In this document: one piece after another, positions 26,349 to 35,194 of the stretch
Numbering within the stretch: the first letter of the stretch is position 1
How the letters are laid out: every line of letters starts with the position of its first letter
Source: a virus
IMG/VR virus record: IMGVR_UViG_3300035698_029335
Span: 13,459-77,458 of that record
Direction: 5' to 3' (one strand)
Length of the DNA: 64,000 nt
The notes under the pieces: model-generated
Told to the model about the DNA's origin: nothing
What the model saw: the letters and a program-made list of their open reading frames with translations, nothing else
Database searches by the model: none
Program-made: the position numbers and the translations under genes

Positions 26349-26672
26349 TTATACGTGGTTCTTTTCTGCCCAATCAAATACAATTGAACGTACACCACCT
26401 TCCTTCTTGATAATCATAAAGTGCGCGCCATGTTTTTCTCTAAATCTTTGCGGAAACTTGTCAAACACTTTCTTTCTCATGTCTGCCATACAATCATATT
26501 CGACACGTTGTTTGCCTAATGCAGCTGCATCTTTAATATACAAGCTTGCCATTTCGACGCTCATTCTCAGAAATTCCTCTTCCTCTTCCGTGAGGTCTTT
26601 GTCGTCGTCAGCGTCCCTACCTTCCAGGATACTTTTAGACATTTCTCGCACTTCATCATAAAAATTCTTCAT
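26349..26672 (-). CDS. hypothetical protein
   Basis: GAGGAG SD, co-oriented. Confidence 0.6.
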   Translation of the reverse strand: MKNFYDEVREMSKSILEGRDADDDKDLTEEEEEFLRMSVEMASLYIKDAAALGKQRVEYDCMADMRKKVFDKFPQRFREKHGAHFMIIKKEGGVRSIVFDWAEKNHV

Positions 26673-26674
26673 CT

Positions 26675-27595
26675 CTACTCCTCTTCTTTATCTTCGCCTA
26701 CCTTAGAAAACTCGTGATACTTAAATCTAAATGGGCGTTTTGTTACTTTTTGAAGATCGGAACCGATATATTTACAATAGCTATCCCAATTTGAGATATC
26801 GTGATAACCTTCGATCTCACAAACATTTCCGTCTTCTAATATAGCACCTCCGAAGACATTTGTCAAGCCAAAATGCCGTGCTGAAAATCTTCTTTCAACA
26901 GGTATCTTTTCGCCCTTCAACGTCCTCTCTTCTTCGCTCCAATATGCATTCTCCCATGCGCCCGTGCCTTTTCTTATCTCTCTTCTAAACTGTACAAAAG
27001 TTGATGCGTCAAGTGTGAAGCCAAGAAACTTACCATCAGCTACAGTTTGACCTTCATGCGATAAATAAAACAACTCAGCTGAAGAGATCGCCAACCTGTT
27101 TTGCCACACTAGGTCAGTTGGGTATATGCCATACGGAAAGGAAACATAATATTTGCCTGGTGCAACCCATTTACTAATCAGCATTGAAATGTGATACGAA
27201 CGCTGAATTCCATACAGAATACTCCACGATAGACAATCCCTTCTCTTCCTGTCCTTGGGGTGAATCGGGATATAATATATCGGTATTTCCTTCTGTTCAC
27301 TCTTAGCATACTTTATATACTTGTGGCGATAATGGCTCGTAGGATCGAGAATCCAATCCCCTAATCGATGTCTTATTAGCGGTTGCATTTCTTTGTGACA
27401 CACTATCCAAATAGTTTCACATCCAGCCACTGCACATTCGTAGACTGCAGCTTCTACTGCTAAAAAATCCTGAGCTACTGGCATAAGAGAATCGTGCCAT
27501 GGCATATTAAAGTCTAATTTAGCGCCTGCTACAGGAACAATACCTGCCAGATGAAACCCGTTGTTTCCCGTAAAACCTGCCTCTATTTCTCCCAT
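26675..27595 (-). CDS. nucleotidyltransferase-fold (GT-A-like) protein
   Basis: LAGIVPVAG...L.PV......AV.E...AGCETIWIV resembles the NTP-transferase N-terminus. Confidence 0.6.
   Translation of the reverse strand: MGEIEAGFTGNNGFHLAGIVPVAGAKLDFNMPWHDSLMPVAQDFLAVEAAVYECAVAGCETIWIVCHKEMQPLIRHRLGDWILDPTSHYRHKYIKYAKSEQKEIPIYYIPIHPKDRKRRDCLSWSILYGIQRSYHISMLISKWVAPGKYYVSFPYGIYPTDLVWQNRLAISSAELFYLSHEGQTVADGKFLGFTLDASTFVQFRREIRKGTGAWENAYWSEEERTLKGEKIPVERRFSARHFGLTNVFGGAILEDGNVCEIEGYHDISNWDSYCKYIGSDLQKVTKRPFRFKYHEFSKVGEDKEEE
26838..26866 (-). promoter_or_regulatory. internal sigma70 promoter upstream of the dnaE-N region
   Basis: TTGACA-17bp-TATATT with extended TG. Confidence 0.6.
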
Positions 27596-28386
27596 ATGCC
27601 ACTCCCATCAAGAGGATCGCCCAGATTATTTGCCATTTGTTCGATCCCCCTAACTAAACCACAACACTTTTCTCGTTCTTCTTTCAGTACAGTATCTTCA
27701 TCAACTACGAGCAAGGGTCTGATATCTCGACGTACGTGCTCTATTTTTACAAGCAAATAAACCTGCTGACCCTTTCTACCCTTACCGTTTTTCACTCCTC
27801 TAATTCCATTAGCCTTCATTATGTCTGTAGTCTGAAACTTTGTCATAAGTTCAGAATTATTACCTTCTTCTTTTTCTTCTTCCGTCATTATCGAAGTTGT
27901 AACACATTCCTTTTCACCCCACTGCACACCAACTTCATAAAACGTTAATTTCTTTAAATTGCCTTCAGCAGCTACTTCTATCTCATCATGTTCATGCATA
28001 CTACCGCTCTTACTTGTAAACCAATCAAACACTTCACACAACGTACGCCCATCTTTTGTCAACACCTTGTCATATTGTACTATCTCTATTTCATTAGCTT
28101 TTATCAGGCAGCTATCGTTGCCTTTTGTGATGATAGTTATTTGTTCAGGGTTGTCTTCATCAAAGCGTATGTTTTGCACCTTGTCACCGAAAGGCATCAA
28201 TCCAGCCATCGAAAGGCAGAGTGCGTACCTGCGCCACAACTCTTCTTTCTCTAGTTCTCCCACCTTGTCGAAGAAGTGGTATTCTGGGCGTCCTTTTACT
28301 ATTATAGTGGTGCCGGTATAGTAAGCCCTTGCAAGAGCTTGCAAGGTATTACCTATTATGACTTTCTCATAACTAAAGCCCTTCAT
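27583..28386 (-). CDS. degenerate Rossmann/FAD-oxidoreductase-like protein
   Basis: N-terminal beta-alpha KVIIGNTLQALARA. Confidence 0.4.
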   Translation of the reverse strand: MKGFSYEKVIIGNTLQALARAYYTGTTIIVKGRPEYHFFDKVGELEKEELWRRYALCLSMAGLMPFGDKVQNIRFDEDNPEQITIITKGNDSCLIKANEIEIVQYDKVLTKDGRTLCEVFDWFTSKSGSMHEHDEIEVAAEGNLKKLTFYEVGVQWGEKECVTTSIMTEEEKEEGNNSELMTKFQTTDIMKANGIRGVKNGKGRKGQQVYLLVKIEHVRRDIRPLLVVDEDTVLKEEREKCCGLVRGIEQMANNLGDPLDGSGIWEK

Positions 28387-28389
28387 TGT

Positions 28390-29019
28390 CTAAAGGAACC
28401 CGGCTTCACGCATAGAAGAAATAGTGAGAGGGAATGTATCTAGTTGTTCCACCAGCTCCAACATTGCACGCGCCACATCGCGCACTTCTTTCTGTGCGTG
28501 TTCGTCATTACGCAGCTTCTGAAAGTGTGCAAATGAACGCCAATTGAATGAGATGTCTGCTGTAATTTGAGTACCATATGGTAAATAAAAGCGCGCACTC
28601 TCTTTGGCTCTTGCACGTGTATATCCATCAGCTACTAATCTATCCAGACATTCGTGATATTTCTTAAAAGAACCTTCAATATGTTCCTTTAGTAAATCTG
28701 CCTCTCCAGCCTTCCAATCAACTGGTAAATAATACTTATCCTTCAATTCTCGATAGCGTGCCGACTCGCCATTGATCGACACACCGACTCTATGCTTCAA
28801 GAGGTGAATATGTGTTGCAATATCCGTGGTTACCAAGAAATGTAACATAGATTTTTCAAACGGAGTATGGTGAGAATCCTTCGCCAACATTTTCAACAAA
28901 TTTCCGACCCTAGCTTTCTTAGCCTCAGTTAAGTCTCTACTAGTCGATGTCCAAGCCGACAATCCGTGTATCAGATCGCTTCCATATGTCCCAATTAACT
29001 CTACTTTATTTACTGTCAT
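28390..29019 (-). CDS. thyX: flavin-dependent thymidylate synthase
   Basis: H.TPFE, KHR..SIN.ESARY, KESARF.LP, NWRS, LR...HAQ.E.R. Confidence 0.92.
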   Translation of the reverse strand: MTVNKVELIGTYGSDLIHGLSAWTSTSRDLTEAKKARVGNLLKMLAKDSHHTPFEKSMLHFLVTTDIATHIHLLKHRVGVSINGESARYRELKDKYYLPVDWKAGEADLLKEHIEGSFKKYHECLDRLVADGYTRARAKESARFYLPYGTQITADISFNWRSFAHFQKLRNDEHAQKEVRDVARAMLELVEQLDTFPLTISSMREAGFL

Positions 29020-29426
29020 TATTCTCCCATTTGTTTTCCCATTTCTAGGAAACATGCTTTTATCGATTCGTACTGAAACAAATTAAATTCTAAGAACTTA
29101 TGCTTATACTTACTGATTTTATCATACACGTATAGAGTGCAAGTTGAGAATTCTTTACCAAAACGATCATCGCTATTTTCTTTTTCTTCGTATAGCAGCC
29201 GTTTTGGCTCTGCATCTTCATAATGTAAAGGCAAGCCGCCTTCCCCTCCTCCTGTCTTAAACCATAGTAAAACTGTCCTAAAGTGAGGGGCTGATAGGTA
29301 GACGCTGCCTTCTGTTACTCTCCTGAATTTGTAGTGTGTCTCTGTGTTTGACTTTTCAATATAAGTGCTACCAGCGCCAGCACTCACTCTGGTCACCTTA
29401 GCCACTGTGATTTTTTCAGCAACCAT
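29019..29426 (-). CDS. hypothetical protein
   Basis: Coupled ORF. Confidence 0.5.
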   Translation of the reverse strand: MVAEKITVAKVTRVSAGAGSTYIEKSNTETHYKFRRVTEGSVYLSAPHFRTVLLWFKTGGGEGGLPLHYEDAEPKRLLYEEKENSDDRFGKEFSTCTLYVYDKISKYKHKFLEFNLFQYESIKACFLEMGKQMGE

Positions 29427-29616
29427 CTTGAGGTTCCTTCTGACGTTGTTTAAGAAGCACTATTTCCATTCTTGCTTTCGAAAGAGCAAACAAAGCGTCA
29501 TCATTTGCGGATTGCCAAAACAATATTTCGTCGTGCTCTTCTTCACTAGCCAAGCATGCTAGAAAGTACTTCAGTACTTTAACTAAAATGTGCCTCATTC
29601 TTGTTCCAGAATACAC
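29416..29616 (-). CDS. hypothetical protein
   Basis: Coupled ORF, true start probably the second Met. Confidence 0.4.
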   Translation of the reverse strand: MYSGTRMRHILVKVLKYFLACLASEEEHDEILFWQSANDDALFALSKARMEIVLLKQRQKEPQDGC

Positions 29617-29879
29617 TCGACATAGTTTTCAAGGACAAGGTACACTCGCTCATTGCCAAGTACGAAACTCTCTACCATATTAGGAGTAACCTTTATCAGC
29701 TGCCCTTTGGTGATATCTACCGTTGAATCTGGCGCGCATTCTACAACATAATATAACCCATCATCAGTTACTGCTTCAGCAGCTTGTTGTATGAATGTCT
29801 CTAATGGATTAACCTCTTCCGAAGCCGCTGGGTCGTCTCGTCTAAGTCTGATGCGACGATTTCTTGGTCGTACTATCAT
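29595..29879 (-). CDS. GroES-like co-chaperonin
   Basis: VRPRNRRI, mobile-loop region, KG..I, YLVLENYV. Confidence 0.55.
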   Translation of the reverse strand: MIVRPRNRRIRLRRDDPAASEEVNPLETFIQQAAEAVTDDGLYYVVECAPDSTVDITKGQLIKVTPNMVESFVLGNERVYLVLENYVECILEQE

Positions 29880-30011
29880 TATTTTCTCCTTCTTCTGATT
29901 CAGAATCAAATGGTGATTGAACTATTTTCTTCGCAAAGTCCAATGTAAGACCTGCGAAGAAAATAGCCACGCATATGATTATGAAAAAATACATAAGCGT
30001 GTTCATTAAAC

Positions 30012-30287
30012 TTACCGCCTTTGGCTTCGCTTAATGACCTCAAATACTTCTGCAATATCCTCAATAGTTTCGTCGTTCTTCAACATGCGCATGGCTTTCG
30101 TTGTCAAAGTCATCTCTTCTTTAGTCAGCCACCCTTCGGTCTTGTAAAGCTCCTTGAGGGAAGCTTTGTGCTCTTTAAACGGTTGAATCGATTCGTCAAT
30201 GACGGTCATTGCCTTCGCAAAATCCACCATTCGTTCTTCTTTCGTTTTGTCTTCGTCTTCTACCTGTCCAGTCTGTTCGTTGCTCAT
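30012..30287 (-). CDS. small helical protein, possibly DsbA/GapR-like dsDNA-binding
   Basis: AGGAG SD, own promoter; ..KE....LKELY...G...K....A..M.K pattern. Confidence 0.45.
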   Translation of the reverse strand: MSNEQTGQVEDEDKTKEERMVDFAKAMTVIDESIQPFKEHKASLKELYKTEGWLTKEEMTLTTKAMRMLKNDETIEDIAEVFEVIKRSQRR

Positions 30288-30323
30288 TTTTCACTCCTAA
30301 AAGACGGGGCTCCCGCCCCATCT

Positions 30324-30352
30324 ATGATATCACATTTATCCCAATCCGTCAA
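30324..30352 (-). promoter_or_regulatory. sigma70 promoter
   Basis: TTGACG-17bp-TATCAT with extended TG. Confidence 0.65.
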
Positions 30353-30355
30353 GAA

Positions 30356-32281
30356 CTATTTTATGGGGCAAGCTCCTGACGCGCAACCAAGTTGGTCTTC
30401 TGTAATATCCTTTTCGGATATATGCAGATTAGTAATCGGTTGCACTTTTGCACGCATCTCTTCATATTCTTCTTTAGTGATCTCTTCGTATGGTGCCTGC
30501 ACAAATCCATGATCTGAATGTAAGCAAAATGATAGAGATTTTATATTAACGTTGTAGTTTTCTGTTAGCCAATTTTTTATAGCAGGCAGTTCTTCTTTCT
30601 TGTAATAAACTGTAACCGAAACTGCATTATCCGACCACTCAGTTTGTAAGCGCTTTACGATATCCAGTTGTTCAGTTGCATTAATATCTTTCGAAAATAT
30701 TGCGTGACTTGGCAGTTTGCATGGAAATTCAATGACATTTGTGCCATAGTTTTCAGAGCCATCGAGTTCTTTAGCAAATTCCACCTTATAGCCTTTTTCA
30801 CGACAAACATTGACCAATTCACTATCTGATGCGATTCTCATTCTCCGAATATGGTACTCAGAAAACCCTGGATGCCCGCCTGGTGTGACCCCAGCCAAAA
30901 GACTCAATGTACCACTAGGCTTGACTGTTGTCAATTTAATACTTTCAGGGAAACCATGTTTGTCACTATATTGTTTGTCGTATTCTCTTAGTTTTACGTA
31001 AGCTCCTGCTAGCCAACTCTTCTGCTCTTCTGTTGCCATACAGTAGCCTGTAATACCGATACCCATGCGCATATTAGCGTTCACAATAGCTTCCGTCTCC
31101 TTTTGGTGACATGGCAGTGCCAAACTATGCTTGTTTATTCTATAGAGGTACTTCAGCACTTTCATCAACTCTTCTTCACTCTCTATATTAGGGAGGAACG
31201 TCTCTGCCAAACAGCACGTTTCCTTATCAGCTAAACCTTGTTCGGCACATGGGTTAACCCCCTCAACTTTTGGATCTGGATATTGTAACTCTCCGGCTCG
31301 ACCCATCTTTCTGAAGTTTTCTATATTAATCAGTCCATATGGTTCTCCGTTGCCATTATATCCTTCCCAAAACTGCTCAGGCAACTTAGAAAAGTCGTCG
31401 CACACTACTGAGTTGTTGGAATTCTTTCGCCAATTAGGAATATTTCCCAAATCCCACCTTTTCGCATTTAGAAATTCAAAATCATCCATATCGCCGATGG
31501 CTATTTGCGCTGATCTTCTTATATTTCCAGCTACAACTATCTCTCCAATGATATTCATAATGTCCAAGCAATCAATTGGTCGAGCGCGCTTTCCTCGTCG
31601 AGCATCTAGCACTTTACAGATGTTGTCGATACCCTCAACAAGAATCTCAGGACCAGAAGCAGTACCTCCGAACCCCTTAATCTGGGTACCAGCTCCACGT
31701 ACACACATTGTAGAATAGCTAAAGCCTTCACCGGACAAAAAGTAAGCTTTAAGTACTTTACCCAAGAGTTTAACCCAACCTTGCCTCGTATCAGGTACAA
31801 TAAAGTCTACCCCTGCGCCCTCTTCTCTGTTAATTGCAATTTTCTTCTTCTTTACTTTAGGAAGTTGATATACATTTTCTCTCTGAATATTAAAGCCGAC
31901 GCCCGACCCTAACATTAGAGCATCCATTGCCCAAATAAAAGGATTGATAGGGTGATCTATAACCGTGAAAGAACAGTTCTGCAGGCTGAACAGTCCAAGC
32001 TTGTCGACTGTTTTCGTGCCGAGTTGCCAGAGAAATCGACCGGCGACGCTTCCTTTGAGATTCAAGAAGATATCTCGTAATTCCTCCTCTTCCTTGACAC
32101 TGAATCCTACACCTAGTTGCTTGTCGCAACCCTTCAGGATCCGCTCTATTGTGTCTTTAAACTCTTCTGTCTTTTCAGAATTCTCTTTCAGCCTACGCGC
32201 ATAGGTTCTCTTATAAACAATATAGCCAATCTCTCCCCATGGCGTTTCTACTTCTCTACTAAACAAGCTATCAATATTCAT
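30356..32281 (-). CDS. nrdJ: class II (adenosylcobalamin) ribonucleotide reductase
   Basis: KRTYAR, AGR.LW, NC, G.GVG, RRSA, NPCAE, TTVKPSGT, C-terminal CASGACP; no beta subunit nearby. Confidence 0.88.
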   Translation of the reverse strand: MNIDSLFSREVETPWGEIGYIVYKRTYARRLKENSEKTEEFKDTIERILKGCDKQLGVGFSVKEEEELRDIFLNLKGSVAGRFLWQLGTKTVDKLGLFSLQNCSFTVIDHPINPFIWAMDALMLGSGVGFNIQRENVYQLPKVKKKKIAINREEGAGVDFIVPDTRQGWVKLLGKVLKAYFLSGEGFSYSTMCVRGAGTQIKGFGGTASGPEILVEGIDNICKVLDARRGKRARPIDCLDIMNIIGEIVVAGNIRRSAQIAIGDMDDFEFLNAKRWDLGNIPNWRKNSNNSVVCDDFSKLPEQFWEGYNGNGEPYGLINIENFRKMGRAGELQYPDPKVEGVNPCAEQGLADKETCCLAETFLPNIESEEELMKVLKYLYRINKHSLALPCHQKETEAIVNANMRMGIGITGYCMATEEQKSWLAGAYVKLREYDKQYSDKHGFPESIKLTTVKPSGTLSLLAGVTPGGHPGFSEYHIRRMRIASDSELVNVCREKGYKVEFAKELDGSENYGTNVIEFPCKLPSHAIFSKDINATEQLDIVKRLQTEWSDNAVSVTVYYKKEELPAIKNWLTENYNVNIKSLSFCLHSDHGFVQAPYEEITKEEYEEMRAKVQPITNLHISEKDITEDQLGCASGACPIK

Positions 32282-32285
32282 TATT

Positions 32286-32768
32286 CTATTCCTCTTCCTT
32301 ATTGTTTTTGTTTTTACTTTTCGTCTTAAAAGCTTCGTACTTTTCTTTAAGTCGCTCTTTTTGCACTTTCGCGCCATTCCTTTGAATGTCTTCTATTGAG
32401 TCGTCTGTTGGCTCAAATACCTTTATGGCAACATTGGAGGTGTCCATGAAAACTGGACATACAATCCCATCATCTCCGTTCCGGTTCTTAGCTATAAAAA
32501 TCCTACCGCCATTAACCTGCTTATCAGCAATTGTTCGTGAAAGAGAGAAGATAAAGTCTGCCACAAAGCACTTATTGAATGCCTCGCTGATCGCCTCCAT
32601 AGTTACCACTTCTGCATTAAGACCTGAATTATGCGTGTACACTCCATTTTCTAGAAAAAACATATGAGTATCATCAACAGTAATGTCTATTGTTTCTTCA
32701 TCTCCGTACTCTTCTATCGAAGCTATTTCATCTATATTAAAATCTGCTATATTAAGTTCATGTTTCAT
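32286..32768 (-). CDS. helicase C-terminal part: 47-aa split-intein C fragment plus 113-aa C-extein
   Basis: TIDITV..THMFF.NGVYTHN|SG...ISE.F.K..VAD, KNRNG. Confidence 0.9.
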   Translation of the reverse strand: MKHELNIADFNIDEIASIEEYGDEETIDITVDDTHMFFLENGVYTHNSGLNAEVVTMEAISEAFNKCFVADFIFSLSRTIADKQVNGGRIFIAKNRNGDDGIVCPVFMDTSNVAIKVFEPTDDSIEDIQRNGAKVQKERLKEKYEAFKTKSKNKNNKEEE

Positions 32769-33841
32769 TTTTTCTCCATGAGATAATGTACGCACTTATC
32801 TACTGCTTTTAGTGGGTTTTCATCATATTCTTCTTCAGTGATCCTGAGAATTTGATAGCCTTTTTTTCTTAAGATTTTTTCCTTAATCGAGTCTTTCTCT
32901 TCTATTCTCGCAAGTGAGTGCCAATAAGTTCCATCAAACTCTATCACTTTGTCTTTATATAAAAAATCAACAGAAAACCAAAAACCACCTCCCATATCTT
33001 GATATTCTTTAAATTTAAATTTCTTCTCATTTCCAGCTTCTGCAAACAACACTTCAGACTCTAACAAAGAAGACTCTTTTAGGATACTCCAAAAAAGATT
33101 TTGAGATTTTTTGGAATAAGTATTACCTCGGCTACTACGCCTTGGGCTATCCATACCTTTGATAGATAACTCTGACATATGTTGGCAATATTTTTCCCAT
33201 TCTACTTCTGATTCTTCGCCATATTTCTCTTCAAACCACTCTTTTGAAAACCTTTTTCTCTGGTTCTTTCTTCTAGCATCCCACTTCCTGAGCCCCTCTT
33301 CTTTGCCATCGCGCTCAACAAACGATTCGAGCGATAATCCATTACCCCATCCGCCTTTACTTTTGACACTTTTTGTCCACTTTTCCAAATATTCTTCCCT
33401 CTTTTGCTTACCGACCTCATCACCATAACGTCTAATAAAAGAAGCCTCATCTATACTTGCTTTTGATGCACATAAATCTTCCCAAGCCAGTGTGCCATGG
33501 GTTTCGCTATAAACTTCCTTACTGAGTTTTTCTTTAGATGCTGCTATTTTTTCTTCGCGGAGTCTTTTTCCTTTCACGCCATATCTATTCTCATATGATT
33601 CTAAAGAACTGCTATCGTTTTTGAATTTCATTTTTGAGTTTTCAACTCGTTCACACCAATTTGGCTCAACGTTATGCTCTATCATTCTCAATAACATCGG
33701 TGTACAATTGTGAAAAGACCACCCTCGCTCTGTGCACATTTCATACACAGCTGCTAACTCTAGTGCTGCAGAGTCTGAAATGTTCACAACTCCTTTGTAA
33801 CTCTTGAACGACAATATTCTATTTATTATTTCATGTTTCAT
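32765..33841 (-). CDS. Vsr/DUF559-like endonuclease between the helicase intein halves
   Basis: RYG.E.G repeats; VDF...KVIEFDGTYWH...D..K...GY.ILRI.E. Confidence 0.8.
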   Translation of the reverse strand: MKHEIINRILSFKSYKGVVNISDSAALELAAVYEMCTERGWSFHNCTPMLLRMIEHNVEPNWCERVENSKMKFKNDSSSLESYENRYGVKGKRLREEKIAASKEKLSKEVYSETHGTLAWEDLCASKASIDEASFIRRYGDEVGKQKREEYLEKWTKSVKSKGGWGNGLSLESFVERDGKEEGLRKWDARRKNQRKRFSKEWFEEKYGEESEVEWEKYCQHMSELSIKGMDSPRRSSRGNTYSKKSQNLFWSILKESSLLESEVLFAEAGNEKKFKFKEYQDMGGGFWFSVDFLYKDKVIEFDGTYWHSLARIEEKDSIKEKILRKKGYQILRITEEEYDENPLKAVDKCVHYLMEKK

Positions 33842-33862
33842 GTTTCATGTTTCATGTTTCAT
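33829..33862 (-). repeat. (ATGAAAC)x4 plus ATGAAA tandem repeat
   Basis: Plus strand reads ttcatgt x4 then ttcat at the IntN/endonuclease boundary. Confidence 0.95.
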
Positions 33863-35194
33863 TTTTTTTGTTAATATCCCATCAGACACTTCTAAGCCTT
33901 CGTTTATTGACTTTAGTGTGCCATCTGCTGTTGGAAATTGATGTCTTGCAGAACAAATCATCGTTTTTCCACTTTTTAATGTAATTTTATAGGTTTTTTG
34001 TACTTCTTTAGGAAATACCTTAGTAACATCTTTGAAACCTTTATGTGTTTCAACCTGGTCGCCAACTCTTATGTCTCCTATTTTGATACTCCTTGATGCA
34101 CTACCATCTCTAATAAGTAGTTTAGTAGAGGTTGAAAAGCATCTATTTGTTTGGCTCGCAGTCCACAATGGACAAGCAAACTCGCCCGCAAGACCTCTTA
34201 ATTCCTCATAGATTGACTCCAGCTCATTTCTCTTCTCACGTTCCATCCTAGTTGGCTTGAGTAGATCGCCATAGTCAACTATAATAAGATTTACTTCGAA
34301 GCCTCGCTGAATTACTCTTGTCAAGTGGCTTCTAATCGTCGCAACACTCGCCGACTTAGTTGGATATTCTTTGATAATCAATTTACCGTTAAGGCTTTTG
34401 ATTTCTTCAAAGACTTCATCCTTCAGTCCATTGAGGGAGTTTAAGGGAAATTCAGTAATACACGAATCATATCTTCTGCCAACAACGGTATCTTGCAACT
34501 CTAGTGTATAGTGCACCACATTTAAGCCTGCTTTGAGAGCTGCAGCGCCAATATGCACCAATGCCATACTCTTACCCGCACCTGTTGGAGCGATACACAC
34601 TCCTAACTCTCCCTTACCGTGTCCACCTTGAATTAGACCATCAATAACATCCCAACCAGTTGATACTGGGTTTCGAGATTTCACGAGATAGCGTGACTCA
34701 AAATGCTTCAGGAAATCGTAACCCTGCTCATTGTCAGAACCTAATTTCAAGGCTTTGTTGATTATTTCTTGCACTGCGTCAAAAGAACTACTCTCCATCA
34801 ACTGAACGCTTTCTAACATTGCCGCTTTGAGGGTCTGCTTTTTGCAAAAATCAATTGACTTTTCCTTAACATACTCTTCATTAACTTCTTTCAGTGCACC
34901 AGAGACGATCTTAGCAAAATAATCCCTCACCTGCTTCTGCACAGTAGCATTCATGTGCTCTATTTCAGACCTAAGGAGAGATTCTACTGTATTTCTACTA
35001 GGATAAGCGCCATACTTATCTCGATAAGAATAGATAAGCTTGGTGAACTCTTGCAGATACTTTAATTCAAGAAAACTGGTCTTTAATACTTCGCCTACTT
35101 GATCTGCAAACATCGTATCGTCCATTATCAGCTGTGCCAGTTTTTCTTGAAACGGCTTTCCGAACTTCGATAATGAGGCTTCTTCTTCTATCAT
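33845..35194 (-). CDS. gp41/DnaB-like replicative helicase N-terminal part (351 aa) plus split-intein N fragment
   Basis: STGW..ID, APTGAGKS, YTLE, IIKEYPT, IIVDY.DL, WTASQTNR|CF; intein block B ICSARHQF. Confidence 0.92.
   Translation of the reverse strand: MIEEEASLSKFGKPFQEKLAQLIMDDTMFADQVGEVLKTSFLELKYLQEFTKLIYSYRDKYGAYPSRNTVESLLRSEIEHMNATVQKQVRDYFAKIVSGALKEVNEEYVKEKSIDFCKKQTLKAAMLESVQLMESSSFDAVQEIINKALKLGSDNEQGYDFLKHFESRYLVKSRNPVSTGWDVIDGLIQGGHGKGELGVCIAPTGAGKSMALVHIGAAALKAGLNVVHYTLELQDTVVGRRYDSCITEFPLNSLNGLKDEVFEEIKSLNGKLIIKEYPTKSASVATIRSHLTRVIQRGFEVNLIIVDYGDLLKPTRMEREKRNELESIYEELRGLAGEFACPLWTASQTNRCFSTSTKLLIRDGSASRSIKIGDIRVGDQVETHKGFKDVTKVFPKEVQKTYKITLKSGKTMICSARHQFPTADGTLKSINEGLEVSDGILTKKMKHET

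Noticed and set aside
32765-33841. Group I intron explanation for the interrupted helicase and dnaE
   Set aside because: Both breaks have protein-level intein motifs (Cys1, block B His, terminal Asn, +1 Ser). The helicase locus has no non-coding space for a ribozyme core, and none was recognised in the dnaE gap.
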